Shown: positions 24,614 through 33,802, counted from the first letter of the stretch. The stretch: 64,000 nt of DNA from Candidatus Woesebacteria bacterium (GCA_050115675.1 JASFQB010000004.1:71601-135600); one strand, 5' to 3'. Program-made: numbers and translations. The notes: generated by a model not told the origin, from the sequence alone.

Positions 24614-26051
24614 CACGCCCGATGACCTTGAGCTACTCTCGATGGCAGTTCTCGAAAACGCTCCATGCGCTCTTGAGATGCCAGCCGGTACGGGAAAAAC
24701 ACACCTTTTAGCCAAGGCGGTGTATGCAGCGCATAGCGAAGGGGCCAGATCACTCATCTTAACTCACACCAACGCTGGGGTCGATGCACTTAAAAAGCGT
24801 CTTAAACGGTTTGGCGTTCCTTCATCGGCATTTAGAGTCGATACCATTACCGGCTTTGCTTTTTCCCTTGCACGAGCCTACACCACCATTGGAGGTGTGA
24901 CAGTGCCAGCTACACCTGACTGGACGGAGTCAGATTCGTATATCCAAGGGGCTATAAGAGTTGCTGGAGCAGACTCCATAGGAATGATGCTTGCCAATTC
25001 CTTTGAGTATTTCTTCGTAGATGAATATCAGGATTGCAATATCAGACACCATGAGCTTGTGCGATCTATCTGCACATCAATACCCAAAACTGTGGTACTT
25101 GGCGATCGACTGCAGGGCATTTTTGGCTTTGCTGGGGAGAGGTTGGTTGATTGGGATACTGATGTTATTCCGTGTTTCCCTCTTCTGAATGTTAATCACA
25201 CTCCTCACCGTTGGCGAGACGTAAATCCTGAACTGGGATCATGGCTCCAAGCTATACGTCCTTCGATGAACTCTGGTGTGACGCTCGACTTGCAGACAAT
25301 ACAAGTCCCTGGCGTAGAGTGGTTACAGAGCGGTGATGGAGTACTCGCCAGCAAGGCCTTCTCGTTTAGTGATTACAATGAAACTGTTCTGCTGCTCGAC
25401 AAGTGGCCTGCCTCCGTCGCTGACCATGCTAGTCGCCTCGGTGGGGCTTATGTCGTCATGGAAGACATTCGGGGGAGGTTTATGCATGATGAGCTGAGTC
25501 TTCTCCCACAGAGCAATTCTTTTATGTTAGCGCACTGGCTAGCGCAGTTTGCTAAGAAATGCATGGTTGGTTTAGCTGGGATTGATGCTCCAGTGCTTCG
25601 GAAGCTGGAAAGCAATCAATCAATAACTCACTATCAGCGAGATGGTATTGCAGACATCTTGACGGCTTTAGACGAGCTGAGGCAAGCTCCTTCCTATACA
25701 ACGCTGTGCTCTGTTGCCGAAAAACTATCAGGCCACAATGACACCAAATTGTATCGTTGGGAGGCATGGCGAGATACTTTGTCGGCTATAAGGAACTCAA
25801 AGGATGGCGAAACGAACCCGCTTGATGAGCTTGCTGTGATAAGAGATAAAATACGTCATACTGGACGCAAACAGCACTCACATGTAGCATCTCGAACCGT
25901 GCTTGTGAAAGGCTTGGAGTATGATCACGTGATTATTGCGGATGTTGCCAACCTGCTTGACCCCAAGAACCTATATGTCGCACTAACAAGGGCACGGAAG
26001 ACAATTACTATAACATCTTCGAGTAGATACCTCCGACTAGCTGATGATTAA
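24600..26051 (+). CDS. gajB: Gabija GajB-like UvrD/PcrA-type helicase
   Basis: MPAGTGKTHLL (motif I), FFVDEYQDCN (II), LGDRLQGIFGFAG (III), YVALTRARKTITI (VI). Overlaps gajA by 14 nt. Confidence 0.8.
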   Translation: MWENNTPDDLELLSMAVLENAPCALEMPAGTGKTHLLAKAVYAAHSEGARSLILTHTNAGVDALKKRLKRFGVPSSAFRVDTITGFAFSLARAYTTIGGVTVPATPDWTESDSYIQGAIRVAGADSIGMMLANSFEYFFVDEYQDCNIRHHELVRSICTSIPKTVVLGDRLQGIFGFAGERLVDWDTDVIPCFPLLNVNHTPHRWRDVNPELGSWLQAIRPSMNSGVTLDLQTIQVPGVEWLQSGDGVLASKAFSFSDYNETVLLLDKWPASVADHASRLGGAYVVMEDIRGRFMHDELSLLPQSNSFMLAHWLAQFAKKCMVGLAGIDAPVLRKLESNQSITHYQRDGIADILTALDELRQAPSYTTLCSVAEKLSGHNDTKLYRWEAWRDTLSAIRNSKDGETNPLDELAVIRDKIRHTGRKQHSHVASRTVLVKGLEYDHVIIADVANLLDPKNLYVALTRARKTITITSSSRYLRLADD

Positions 26052-26600
26052 TTCCTGTAGCTGGTTTCTGTTAATGAGAATGCAGTTATTGTATCTGGCA
26101 ATTTCAACAGCCGGGCCACTAAACAGTCCGTTAGTGATCACCATGCTGCGCTCGCAGCCATATTTATTAAGTCCGGCTATTACTTGCCGCACGGCAGCAA
26201 CCTTCACAAGACCTAAACTTCGTTTTGTCTGAACACCCCATCGAATGCCATCCTTGTGAGCAATGATGTCTACGCCCCAGTCGTAGCGCTCAGTCAGCGT
26301 GACGTTAGTAAAACCTCGCTTCTTGAGCAGTGCTGCAATATAGCGTTCAAACTCAAGGCCGCTCATAGTATCGATCTGCGACATGCCCGCATTGCTTAAC
26401 GAGTGGCGTCTCTTTAGCCGCTTAGATATAGCAACCAGCGCATAAACGATAACGCCAGTCGTGACGATAATGGATGAATAGGCGAGAACTCTGGCTGCCA
26501 TATCAACCGTAAGCCCGTACGCATGTGCCACAAGCCCAGCAAGTATGAGTGGCACTGCAATACTGTCGCCACCCTTTTTGCGATAGCATCTACGAGCCAT
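26037..26600 (-). CDS. membrane-anchored Mrr-type (restriction endonuclease-like) nuclease domain protein
   Basis: Two N-terminal hydrophobic helices. Then LEFERYIAALLKKRGFTNVTL..DWGVDIIA...VQTKR, typical of the Mrr_cat domain. Convergent 15-nt overlap with gajB. Confidence 0.7.
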   Translation of the reverse strand: MARRCYRKKGGDSIAVPLILAGLVAHAYGLTVDMAARVLAYSSIIVTTGVIVYALVAISKRLKRRHSLSNAGMSQIDTMSGLEFERYIAALLKKRGFTNVTLTERYDWGVDIIAHKDGIRWGVQTKRSLGLVKVAAVRQVIAGLNKYGCERSMVITNGLFSGPAVEIARYNNCILINRNQLQELIIS

Positions 26601-26718
26601 CGCCCAGGCCTCCGACGTCGTCTAGCAGCTCCCGAACTCGCTTTATATCACATTCAATATCAACCGCAAACGTTCGGTAGTTGTCCACGAACCCCTGCCA
26701 AGGCTTCGAAATGACCAT
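26590..26718 (-). CDS. possible 42-aa acidic ORF translationally coupled to the Mrr-like gene
   Basis: My translation: MVISKPWQGFVDNYRTFAVDIECDIKRVRELLDDVGGLGDGS. Its stop overlaps the Mrr-like ATG (GATGGCTCGTAG). There is no clear RBS. TACAAT -10-like element lies upstream. Confidence 0.3.
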   Translation of the reverse strand: MVISKPWQGFVDNYRTFAVDIECDIKRVRELLDDVGGLGDGS

Positions 26719-27245
26719 AGGTCGTTACGAAGCCTTGTTTTATTGTAGATGAAAGCATCAAGAAACAAAGCTGGGGACGCACCCATTCAGACACACCCCA
26801 GCTACTACTACGTCGCCAGTTCCCAGTAAAACGGCGGTTTATCAGAAGACGCTTTGACTACAAAATCAGGTTAGATGCCGTACTTTCAGGCCATGAGCAC
26901 ACAGCTCCTGGCTATGTCGCCAAGTTCTATAACGATATTGACAGCTTTGAGCAAAAGAAGATCGCGACTACTGAAAGTCCGCTTCAAAATTACCTCGAAT
27001 TGCTCGACAAGCTCATACGGCTCCATATCCTTGAATCCCAAAGATTAACAGGATACGAAAGAGTCACTACTAATATTATAAAATTTTACACATATAGTCA
27101 GATAGGACCGCAAAGTCACACGGTGTTTCAAAAATAAAATGTTGTAATGTTATGCAATATCCTCGCAATCGATTAAATTTTATTATACATTCAAATGGGA
27201 TTGTTGTGCCGGCTCAACCCACCGGCACGAGCATGGGAGTGCCAA

Positions 27246-28697
27246 ATGAAGTTCTCCGCATTCTTGATGCGGACCGGCGTAGTAACGACTACAGTCGCCC
27301 TTGTAAGTGCTGGCATGTCGTCTATCGCGCTTGCCGCGAACACACCCGTCCCGCACGACCAGGTAAAGCATCTGACTGGTGGTAACCCCAGCGGAAAAGT
27401 TGACTCTTTTGGTCGTCCGCTGCACCAAATGTCAGCTAGACACAAGGTCAAGAAGCCAAAAACGCCAAGCGCCACTAGCGAAACTACCGAATGCCCACCC
27501 AAACTAGGTTGTAGCTTTGTACCCGCAGCCTACGTGCAAAACAGCACGCCAGAAGACTACAGCAATTACGACATTGCTAACCGCCCATCTGATGGCATGG
27601 CGATTCGACAGATTGTCATTCACGACACTGAAGGATCTCTGTCCGACACTGTTGCAGTGTTCCAAGACCCAATGACCTACGCATCTGCGCATTACGTCGT
27701 TAACACTAATGGTCGCGTAGTCCAGATGGTTCATGTCAAGGACGTGGCCTGGCACGCTGGCAACTACGGCACCAACATGCAATCTGTTGGCATCGAAGTT
27801 GTTGGCCATGCTGCAACCGGCGATTACACCAACGCGCAGTATCGTGCGGTGTCCAAGCTGGTTAGCTACCTTGGTCAGCAGTACAACGTGCCCATGGATG
27901 CTCAACATGTCATTGGTCATATGAACGTACCAGCGCCTACCGCTGGATACATCTCAACAATGCACATGGATCCGGGACCTTTCTGGAATTGGTCTCTGGT
28001 CTATAACATGATTGGGCACAACGTGAATTCGTCGGACGACCCGCAGACCAGCCAGCTGGTTGTGGTGGCGCCGAAGTGGTCGCAGAACAAGCAGCTTGTA
28101 ACCGGGTGCTTCCCGGGAACAACGAGCTGCGTTGACGACACTCGTTCGTCCAATCTGCTGTACGTGCACACCGAGCCGTCGTTTGACTCACCCCTTGTGA
28201 CCGACTCGGTACTGGGCGCGGGTTCGACCGACATCGGCAACAGCGCTGCTAAGGCGTATTACGGCCAAAAGTTCGTTCGGCTTACCAGTCAGACAGAGTC
28301 GAAAGGCATCTGGTTCCAGATTCAATACAGCGGGCAATCTGGCTGGATCTTTAGCCCCTACAAGTCGCCGGCGGTGTTTGCCGCTCAAGGTGATTACATC
28401 ACGCCTGCGGCTAGTTCAAACATTGCGGTATACGGACGGGCATATCCCGATCCGTCCATCTATCCGACAGACATGCTATATTACCCAGGCGTCGTAACTC
28501 TGCCATATACGGTTTTGGCCGGGCAGCAGTATGCCACGGCGAGTGAGGCCCATTCGGCCCAGTGGTACAACAATGCCACATACGACTACAGCTGGCCGCA
28601 CGATCATGTTGTCTTTGCGGACAATGATCACCAGTACGTACTAATTCAGTACGGAAGCCGACAGACATACATATTGCTTGCGGATGTCACGGCGTAG
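27246..28697 (+). CDS. secreted N-acetylmuramoyl-L-alanine amidase (Amidase_2/PGRP type) with C-terminal SH3-like region
   Basis: Start chosen at MKFSAFLMRTGVV.. (signal peptide; GGGAG RBS). IVIHDTEGS...AHYVV...VAWHAGN...GIEVVGH is the amidase_2 pattern. GIWFQIQYSGQSGWIFS is SH3b-like. The gene is visibly GC-rich. Confidence 0.8.
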   Translation: MKFSAFLMRTGVVTTTVALVSAGMSSIALAANTPVPHDQVKHLTGGNPSGKVDSFGRPLHQMSARHKVKKPKTPSATSETTECPPKLGCSFVPAAYVQNSTPEDYSNYDIANRPSDGMAIRQIVIHDTEGSLSDTVAVFQDPMTYASAHYVVNTNGRVVQMVHVKDVAWHAGNYGTNMQSVGIEVVGHAATGDYTNAQYRAVSKLVSYLGQQYNVPMDAQHVIGHMNVPAPTAGYISTMHMDPGPFWNWSLVYNMIGHNVNSSDDPQTSQLVVVAPKWSQNKQLVTGCFPGTTSCVDDTRSSNLLYVHTEPSFDSPLVTDSVLGAGSTDIGNSAAKAYYGQKFVRLTSQTESKGIWFQIQYSGQSGWIFSPYKSPAVFAAQGDYITPAASSNIAVYGRAYPDPSIYPTDMLYYPGVVTLPYTVLAGQQYATASEAHSAQWYNNATYDYSWPHDHVVFADNDHQYVLIQYGSRQTYILLADVTA

Positions 28698-28714
28698 GTA
28701 CGCAATATAAAAGC

Positions 28715-28752
28715 CTAGGCGTGGAACTTGAAGTTTTAAGTTCCACGCCTAG
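28715..28752 (+). terminator. strong hairpin terminator after the amidase gene
   Basis: Perfect 15-bp stem CTAGGCGTGGAACTT/AAGTTCCACGCCTAG with an 8-nt loop. Confidence 0.6.
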
Positions 28753-28865
28753 ATTCAACTACACTTAATATTCAATTATTTTTACTTCGCCACAACATTG
28801 ATTGACAAGCAAGCATGCTACTGCTATATTCGTAAAATAGTTTCAGTTTTTGCTGGGAGGCTCAG

Positions 28866-29174
28866 ATGCTATCTGCTACGCCGTGGTATGTTGACTTGGC
28901 GCTGTTGGCTTTTTCCTCGTTTGCGGTGATTGAACTTAGTGATCGTCTTCACAGGGAGATGGAGAAGCGCAGCCCAGTAGTCATTGTAATGCTAAATCTC
29001 TTTGCGGTTGCGTCTGCCTATGTATGCACAATCTATGCGCTTATCAGCTGCACGAGCAAAAATCCACCGGTGCTGCTGGCTTCAGCTATCGGAGTTGTCA
29101 TGCTTGTTGGCATTGTTTTGCGAATCAATAGCAAAAAGAAACAAGAGAAAGCTGCTCGACGCCGCAGGCGCTAA
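28866..29174 (+). CDS. small membrane protein (102 aa) with basic tail
   Basis: Three hydrophobic segments. C-terminal KKKQEKAARRRRR. Confidence 0.55.
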   Translation: MLSATPWYVDLALLAFSSFAVIELSDRLHREMEKRSPVVIVMLNLFAVASAYVCTIYALISCTSKNPPVLLASAIGVVMLVGIVLRINSKKKQEKAARRRRR

Positions 29175-29185
29175 GCACGGATCAT

Positions 29186-29223
29186 ACCCCCGCGGTTACA
29201 CACCGCGGGGGTCCTTTGTTTTT
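29186..29223 (+). terminator. intrinsic terminator
   Basis: ACCCCCGCGG-ttacaca-CCGCGGGGGT followed by CCTTTGTTTTT. Confidence 0.7.
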
Positions 29224-29269
29224 GCCGCAAACAACAAAATTCAAACTTATCCTGCTATACTTAAGCTCA

Positions 29270-30544
29270 ATGGAGCATAACACACCTAACCAGTTTCAAA
29301 GTTTTTGGCGCAACTGCAAGTGGCCGCTTTGGATTATTAGCGCGAGCGCCTTGCTTGCAATTTTAATTATTGCCATTTTGGTGATCTTTAAGTCTGACGT
29401 CTCGCAGTCAAATGGCAATGACGAGATGCCGCAGGCCCAAGAGTCAATTGCAGTGCAGGCCGGTAAAAACTTGTCACACCAGGCATGTACGGGCGAAGAC
29501 GTAACTAATAAATTATCCGTCTCACCCATGAAGCCAGAAGATTTTAATATTGTCGTGCCATATGGTCTAGTAGTAGGCGCGCATGTCACGCCCATTGATC
29601 ACCAGTACTTCACTCCCAAAGATTACAATTCGCCGGTAGACGCCTACGAGGTTTACGCCATGGGCGACGCACATATTGTAGATATTAGCGCACGCACCCG
29701 TCCGTTTGGCGAAGAATACCGCCTGGTGTTTAGCGTAAGCTGCACATACTTTTACTATTACGATTTAGTCACCAGCCTGGTGCCCGACATTAAAGCTGCC
29801 TACGACGACTACAAACAAAACAGCACTCCCATCGACCTGCCAGTAAGCGCCGGCCAGCTAATTGGTTACATTGGCGGCCAAACTTTGGACTTTGCGGTTT
29901 GGGACACAACTAAGCCTCTGAGCGGTTTTGTAATTCCAGAGCATTACAGCTCGGAGCCCTGGAAAATCTACACCGCCGATCCACTAAATTACTACACCGA
30001 CGAACTCAAAACATTTATATTGAGCCGCTACGTGCGCACCGCCCAGCCAATTAGTGGCAAAATAGATTACGACATTGACGGCCGGCTAATTGGCAACTGG
30101 TTTTTAGAAGGCACCAATGGCTATGAGGGCGACACCAGCGACAACAAAACTCACTATTGGTCAACGCATTTATCTTTTGCGCCCGACCTTTATGACCCCA
30201 ACTGGTTTATAGTGTCAATCGGCAGCATGCAAGGGCACGAAGGTCTGTGCGCACAATTTGTTAGCACGACCAATACGCCCAATCCACAAGATGTCTCCAC
30301 AGAGACAGGGCTGATAAAATACAATCTTAAAACCTGGAGCTATATAAAACCTGATGGCAATATGTGGGACCAAAATAGTTTGGCAGCAAACATTAAAGTA
30401 GAAGTTAACGACCAAGAGCCTGTTCAGGGCTGCGCACTCGTACAAATGATAGAAGATCGCAAGATTAAGTTTCAGGTCTTTAAAAATCAAGCATGCAACA
30501 ACCTAGGTAGTTTTACAGACGAGGCACAAATTTACAACAGATAA
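29270..30544 (+). CDS. membrane-anchored or exported hypothetical protein (424 aa)
   Basis: Start moved to MEHNTPNQ because the track start at 29216 lies inside the terminator. N-terminal TM WPLWIISASALLAILIIAILVIF. No confident domain. Confidence 0.6.
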   Translation: MEHNTPNQFQSFWRNCKWPLWIISASALLAILIIAILVIFKSDVSQSNGNDEMPQAQESIAVQAGKNLSHQACTGEDVTNKLSVSPMKPEDFNIVVPYGLVVGAHVTPIDHQYFTPKDYNSPVDAYEVYAMGDAHIVDISARTRPFGEEYRLVFSVSCTYFYYYDLVTSLVPDIKAAYDDYKQNSTPIDLPVSAGQLIGYIGGQTLDFAVWDTTKPLSGFVIPEHYSSEPWKIYTADPLNYYTDELKTFILSRYVRTAQPISGKIDYDIDGRLIGNWFLEGTNGYEGDTSDNKTHYWSTHLSFAPDLYDPNWFIVSIGSMQGHEGLCAQFVSTTNTPNPQDVSTETGLIKYNLKTWSYIKPDGNMWDQNSLAANIKVEVNDQEPVQGCALVQMIEDRKIKFQVFKNQACNNLGSFTDEAQIYNR

Positions 30545-30617
30545 AATACTGGTCAAAGGTAAGTTGACACTCGTTTATGTTACGCATATAATTAGCACGA
30601 CCCGAAGGGAGATAATC

Positions 30618-30926
30618 ATGTTGGTCGAGATTGGCTTTGATGTCGTGGACGGTCAAAATGAACCAAGTGACCTGCGTTTTATATATAACACCGGGGATTG
30701 GCCCGCGCTGCAGGTTGGTGAGCGTCTTGAATTTAACGATCCCAGGGGCAACAACGACATCGTACTAGAGATAGAAGGGCTTATCAGAGAATACGGACTA
30801 GGACCCTACAGGCGCTATCGCGCCGATGCCAGCGCGCAACGCGGCAACGCAGCAACACTAGTTCAGGTGCTTAAGGAAATGTCCTGCGTTAGCAATATCA
30901 CAGTAGATGGAGTAGAAGTCTCGTAG
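30618..30926 (+). CDS. hypothetical protein (102 aa)
   Basis: Start chosen at MLVEIGFD after GAAGGGAG. A terminator hairpin AGGCGCC/GGCGCCT plus TTTTT follows at ~30938-30962. Confidence 0.5.
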   Translation: MLVEIGFDVVDGQNEPSDLRFIYNTGDWPALQVGERLEFNDPRGNNDIVLEIEGLIREYGLGPYRRYRADASAQRGNAATLVQVLKEMSCVSNITVDGVEVS

Positions 30927-31045
30927 ACAACCGCTCCTAGGCGCCTTCAGAGGCGCCTTTTTACTACAAGCAACCCCGTATCTTGTAACAAAAGACAATA
31001 CCTAAAACAGCTACAAAAACTTGCACACTTGGGTATAATTGTTAT

Positions 31046-31411
31046 ATGCAACAAAACACGCAAACACTCATTGACCAAATAAAAAAAGACGCAATTACGG
31101 CACGCAAGCAGCACGACATGCTAACAGCCTCAACCTTGCAGTCTTTATTGGCACGCATAACCAATTCTGAAGCAGTTGCAGCCCAAAAAGCATCAGATAC
31201 AAAGTCTGGCCATATCGCAAACGCCAGCGCAGGCGTGGGCTCTACAGAAGCTCCACGCAAGGAACTTTCTGTAGATGATATAAAAAATATTATAAACGAC
31301 GAAATAAACGAACTAAAACAAGCAACCGAGCATTTTTCAAAAGACAACACAAGTCCATACCTGAACGAGCTCAATAAAAAGATATTAATAGCTACTAAAT
31401 ATCTAACATAA
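31046..31411 (+). CDS. GatB/YqeY-domain-like protein
   Basis: Length and pattern fit (LIDQIKKDAITARK...LQSLLARITNSE...ELSVDDIKNIINDEINELK). Call made from memory of the family. Confidence 0.5.
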   Translation: MQQNTQTLIDQIKKDAITARKQHDMLTASTLQSLLARITNSEAVAAQKASDTKSGHIANASAGVGSTEAPRKELSVDDIKNIINDEINELKQATEHFSKDNTSPYLNELNKKILIATKYLT

Positions 31412-31533
31412 ATAAAAAAGACGCTTTAAGGCAGTGTCATTTTTATTTTTAGGGTACTTACTCAGCCACTACACTGCAGGTTTTTGTATCTAATTAAAGG
31501 GGAGCGCAAATCTGCGCTCCCCAGACCATAGAC

Positions 31534-31884
31534 CTAAAGCATCGTTCCACAAGAATAGCAATGCAGCCTGTCGTTCCATCGTGTGATATCGGCGCTATAC
31601 CCAAAGGGCACGGAATTATATGCACCACACGATTCGCAGGTCCTGTTATCAGCTCCATAGCTCATATAACTCGGCTGTGCTGCACGCGATCCTGGTTGTC
31701 GACGGGCGCCATTTAACATCGAAGCATTTGCCGACCAAGTTGACGACCTTTTACATGCGGTTTCTTGGCTAAAGCCATTACTCGTCTTCGAAATCACCCA
31801 CCCCACAAGACACAAAAATGGCAAAAGACACAGCACAGAGCTAACAAAAGCCGCCATATCCACTCCAGCCTTCAAGATGATCAT
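31534..31884 (-). CDS. membrane-anchored small zinc-ribbon protein (paralog 1)
   Basis: TM MAAFVSSVLCLLPFLCLVGWVI and C-terminal CESCGAYNSVPFGY...LHCYSCGTML. The real start may be MAAF (31857). A terminator hairpin GGGGAGCGCA/TGCGCTCCCC lies at ~31500-31523. Confidence 0.6.
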   Translation of the reverse strand: MIILKAGVDMAAFVSSVLCLLPFLCLVGWVISKTSNGFSQETACKRSSTWSANASMLNGARRQPGSRAAQPSYMSYGADNRTCESCGAYNSVPFGYSADITRWNDRLHCYSCGTML

Positions 31885-31956
31885 CCCTTTAATGCGTTAG
31901 CACTAAAGCCTTGTTCGTAATTATGTACGAAAACTGCAGTAGTGTCAAGCTACGTT

Positions 31957-33432
31957 TTACGCCGTAACTGTCCAGCCCTTTGCAGTAGCAATGGTTGAAT
32001 CATACCCAGGCTGCGTCACGCCGTAGCAGTTCGTTACCGTAATGGTGCCACTGCCAACAGTGGCAAGACCGGTGAATATGTCGTTAAGATCGCTTGCGCC
32101 AAGCAGACATCCGGTATAACTAACGTCAGATGCCGTGCCTGATAGCGCTGCGGAACGCAAAGAGTAACCGTGATAGAATGCTCCACCAAAGTTAGTGACA
32201 TTCGATACATCCAGCGCTGGCACGTATTCCAAATTTACACAGTCATAGAACATGCTAGCTATACTTGTAGCTGACGACGTATCCAGCAAAGGAACGGTAG
32301 TTAACGTACTGCAACGTGCAAACATGTTATTGAGGTCTAAGCCCGCCGAGGTATCAAGATTTGGCGCCGTTCCTAAAGATTGACAGCGATAAAACATATA
32401 CGAAAAGTCTGTGCACGACGAAGTGTCAAGCGCTGGCACATCCTTCAACGAAAAACAGTTGTAAAAAAGCCGGGCTAGATTTGTGCACGATGAGGTATCG
32501 AGCACAGGAACTCTTTGTAGTGCGTAACAATTGTTAAACGCACTCAAAAAACTGGTTGCCGACGAAGTATCGAAAGAAGGCACAGTCTCTAGCGAATAGC
32601 AGCTAGCAAACATGTAAGAAAAGGTAGTCCCCGCCGAGGTATCAAAACACGCGACATTCCTTAACGAATAGCACCCACTAAACATTGTAGAAAAAGTAGT
32701 AACTGACGATGAGCTGTAGGGCGGAACGGTCGTTAATCCACAGCAGCTATTAAACATATTCGAAAAGGTCGTAGCTGACGAAGCGTCAAGCATCGGTGCA
32801 TGTGTTAACGAGTAACACCCATAAAACATGTACGAGAAGTCTGTGCATGACGAAGTATCAAATTGCACAATATTTCGTAATGCCGTGCATCCTCTAAACA
32901 TGTTCTCGCAAGAGGTTATACTATTGCTGCCAATGTACTCGAATTGCTCCAACATTGCCTGCCTTGCATCACTAGCACCGTATGTTGTGATTGAACTGAC
33001 ATTTGCACCAGCCATCCTGATATCCAGCCAGCTAGTTGAAAACAAGTAGGACAAACTCGGAGACGAGGGCATGCGCTGCAATTCAATATTCGTCAACGAT
33101 TGACCAGCTTGCGGTGTAATTGTAATGATTGCCTGACGATAACCACGAGAGGTCAGATCGCCGTAGTCCGAATAACTAAGGTTTTTCGTGGTTGCGGTTC
33201 CACTGGCAACATCTTCGGTGGCGCCACCGTCGCCCCAGTCAACTGTATATGCGCCTTCGGCGTAAACGGTAACAAAATTTGAATCACAATCATATACTGC
33301 GTGCAACCCAACAAATTTTTCCTCACCAGCGCTAACGACTGGTAAGGTTAACCAATCCGAAGGGCGACAATAAGGATCTGCTTTGTCACACATCACCCCT
33401 GGTATACGCGTACGTTTGTGTTCTAGTGCCAT
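31957..33432 (-). CDS. BspA/DUF285-type leucine-rich-repeat surface protein
   Basis: About eleven 24-aa repeats of the form FDTSSxTxFSYMFxxCxSLxxxPx. Confidence 0.75.
   Translation of the reverse strand: MALEHKRTRIPGVMCDKADPYCRPSDWLTLPVVSAGEEKFVGLHAVYDCDSNFVTVYAEGAYTVDWGDGGATEDVASGTATTKNLSYSDYGDLTSRGYRQAIITITPQAGQSLTNIELQRMPSSPSLSYLFSTSWLDIRMAGANVSSITTYGASDARQAMLEQFEYIGSNSITSCENMFRGCTALRNIVQFDTSSCTDFSYMFYGCYSLTHAPMLDASSATTFSNMFNSCCGLTTVPPYSSSSVTTFSTMFSGCYSLRNVACFDTSAGTTFSYMFASCYSLETVPSFDTSSATSFLSAFNNCYALQRVPVLDTSSCTNLARLFYNCFSLKDVPALDTSSCTDFSYMFYRCQSLGTAPNLDTSAGLDLNNMFARCSTLTTVPLLDTSSATSIASMFYDCVNLEYVPALDVSNVTNFGGAFYHGYSLRSAALSGTASDVSYTGCLLGASDLNDIFTGLATVGSGTITVTNCYGVTQPGYDSTIATAKGWTVTA
32143..32934 (-). 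repeat. degenerate 72-nt tandem coding repeats (24-aa LRR units)
   Basis: Repeat units read directly from the translated protein, residues ~167-430. Confidence 0.7.
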
Positions 33433-33445
33433 TAATTAATCTCGA

Positions 33446-33802
33446 CTAAGTAGCTGTTATTCTATTAACAAAGCCCACAACGTTAATAACATCGCCTGTG
33501 GCGGCATAGGCACGAATAGGCAATGAGTTATTGATAATTAGCCCAGGAATCGCCAAAGACAGGTCCGAATTGCTACCCACGCTTACTTTAATATGGTTGT
33601 CCGGAGATGTGGCACCCCCGTATTCTATGGTCAGCACTACATCTGCGCTGCTGGTATTGGTGGCATAAATCCACACTTCATCCATATCGGACGTACCTGA
33701 TACTGCAGTATGTATAAGTGTGCCGGGCGTAGACGTAGCGCCAACCTTGATTGGCTGGCCATTGGTCGATCCCGACAATAATTGTTTACTTACTGTGCTC
33801 AT
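33446..33802 (-). CDS. hypothetical beta-rich protein (118 aa)
   Basis: Track ORF. Its start overlaps the upstream stop (ATGA). No motif recognised. Confidence 0.55.
   Translation of the reverse strand: MSTVSKQLLSGSTNGQPIKVGATSTPGTLIHTAVSGTSDMDEVWIYATNTSSADVVLTIEYGGATSPDNHIKVSVGSNSDLSLAIPGLIINNSLPIRAYAATGDVINVVGFVNRITAT

Larger units (their letters stand above)
7736..26718. mobile_element. integrative (conjugative or mobilisable) element inserted next to tRNA-Trp; right boundary uncertain
   Basis: Left end is defined by a serine recombinase abutting and overlapping the tRNA 3' end. Cargo and backbone genes are typical of mobile elements: XRE, Replic_Relax, TraD/FtsK-like ATPase, ParA, RadC, DUF3768, Gabija and Mrr. 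No flanking direct repeat was found, as expected for serine integrases. Confidence 0.6.

Noticed and set aside
27150-27195. Possible attR. AATCGATTAAAT..TATA resembles the reverse complement of the element-side sequence next to the tRNA (7802-7830, ..AATCAATTACGT..TATA). An ATAGGAC 7-mer is shared at 27101 and 7805.
   Set aside because: The matches are short and AT-rich with unequal spacing, well within chance. Serine integrases need no long direct repeat, so the right boundary remains undetermined.
27183-28668. Many 60-140-aa ORFs antisense to or out of frame with the amidase gene.
   Set aside because: This is the same GC-richness effect. The amidase frame alone carries recognisable motifs, a signal peptide and an RBS.
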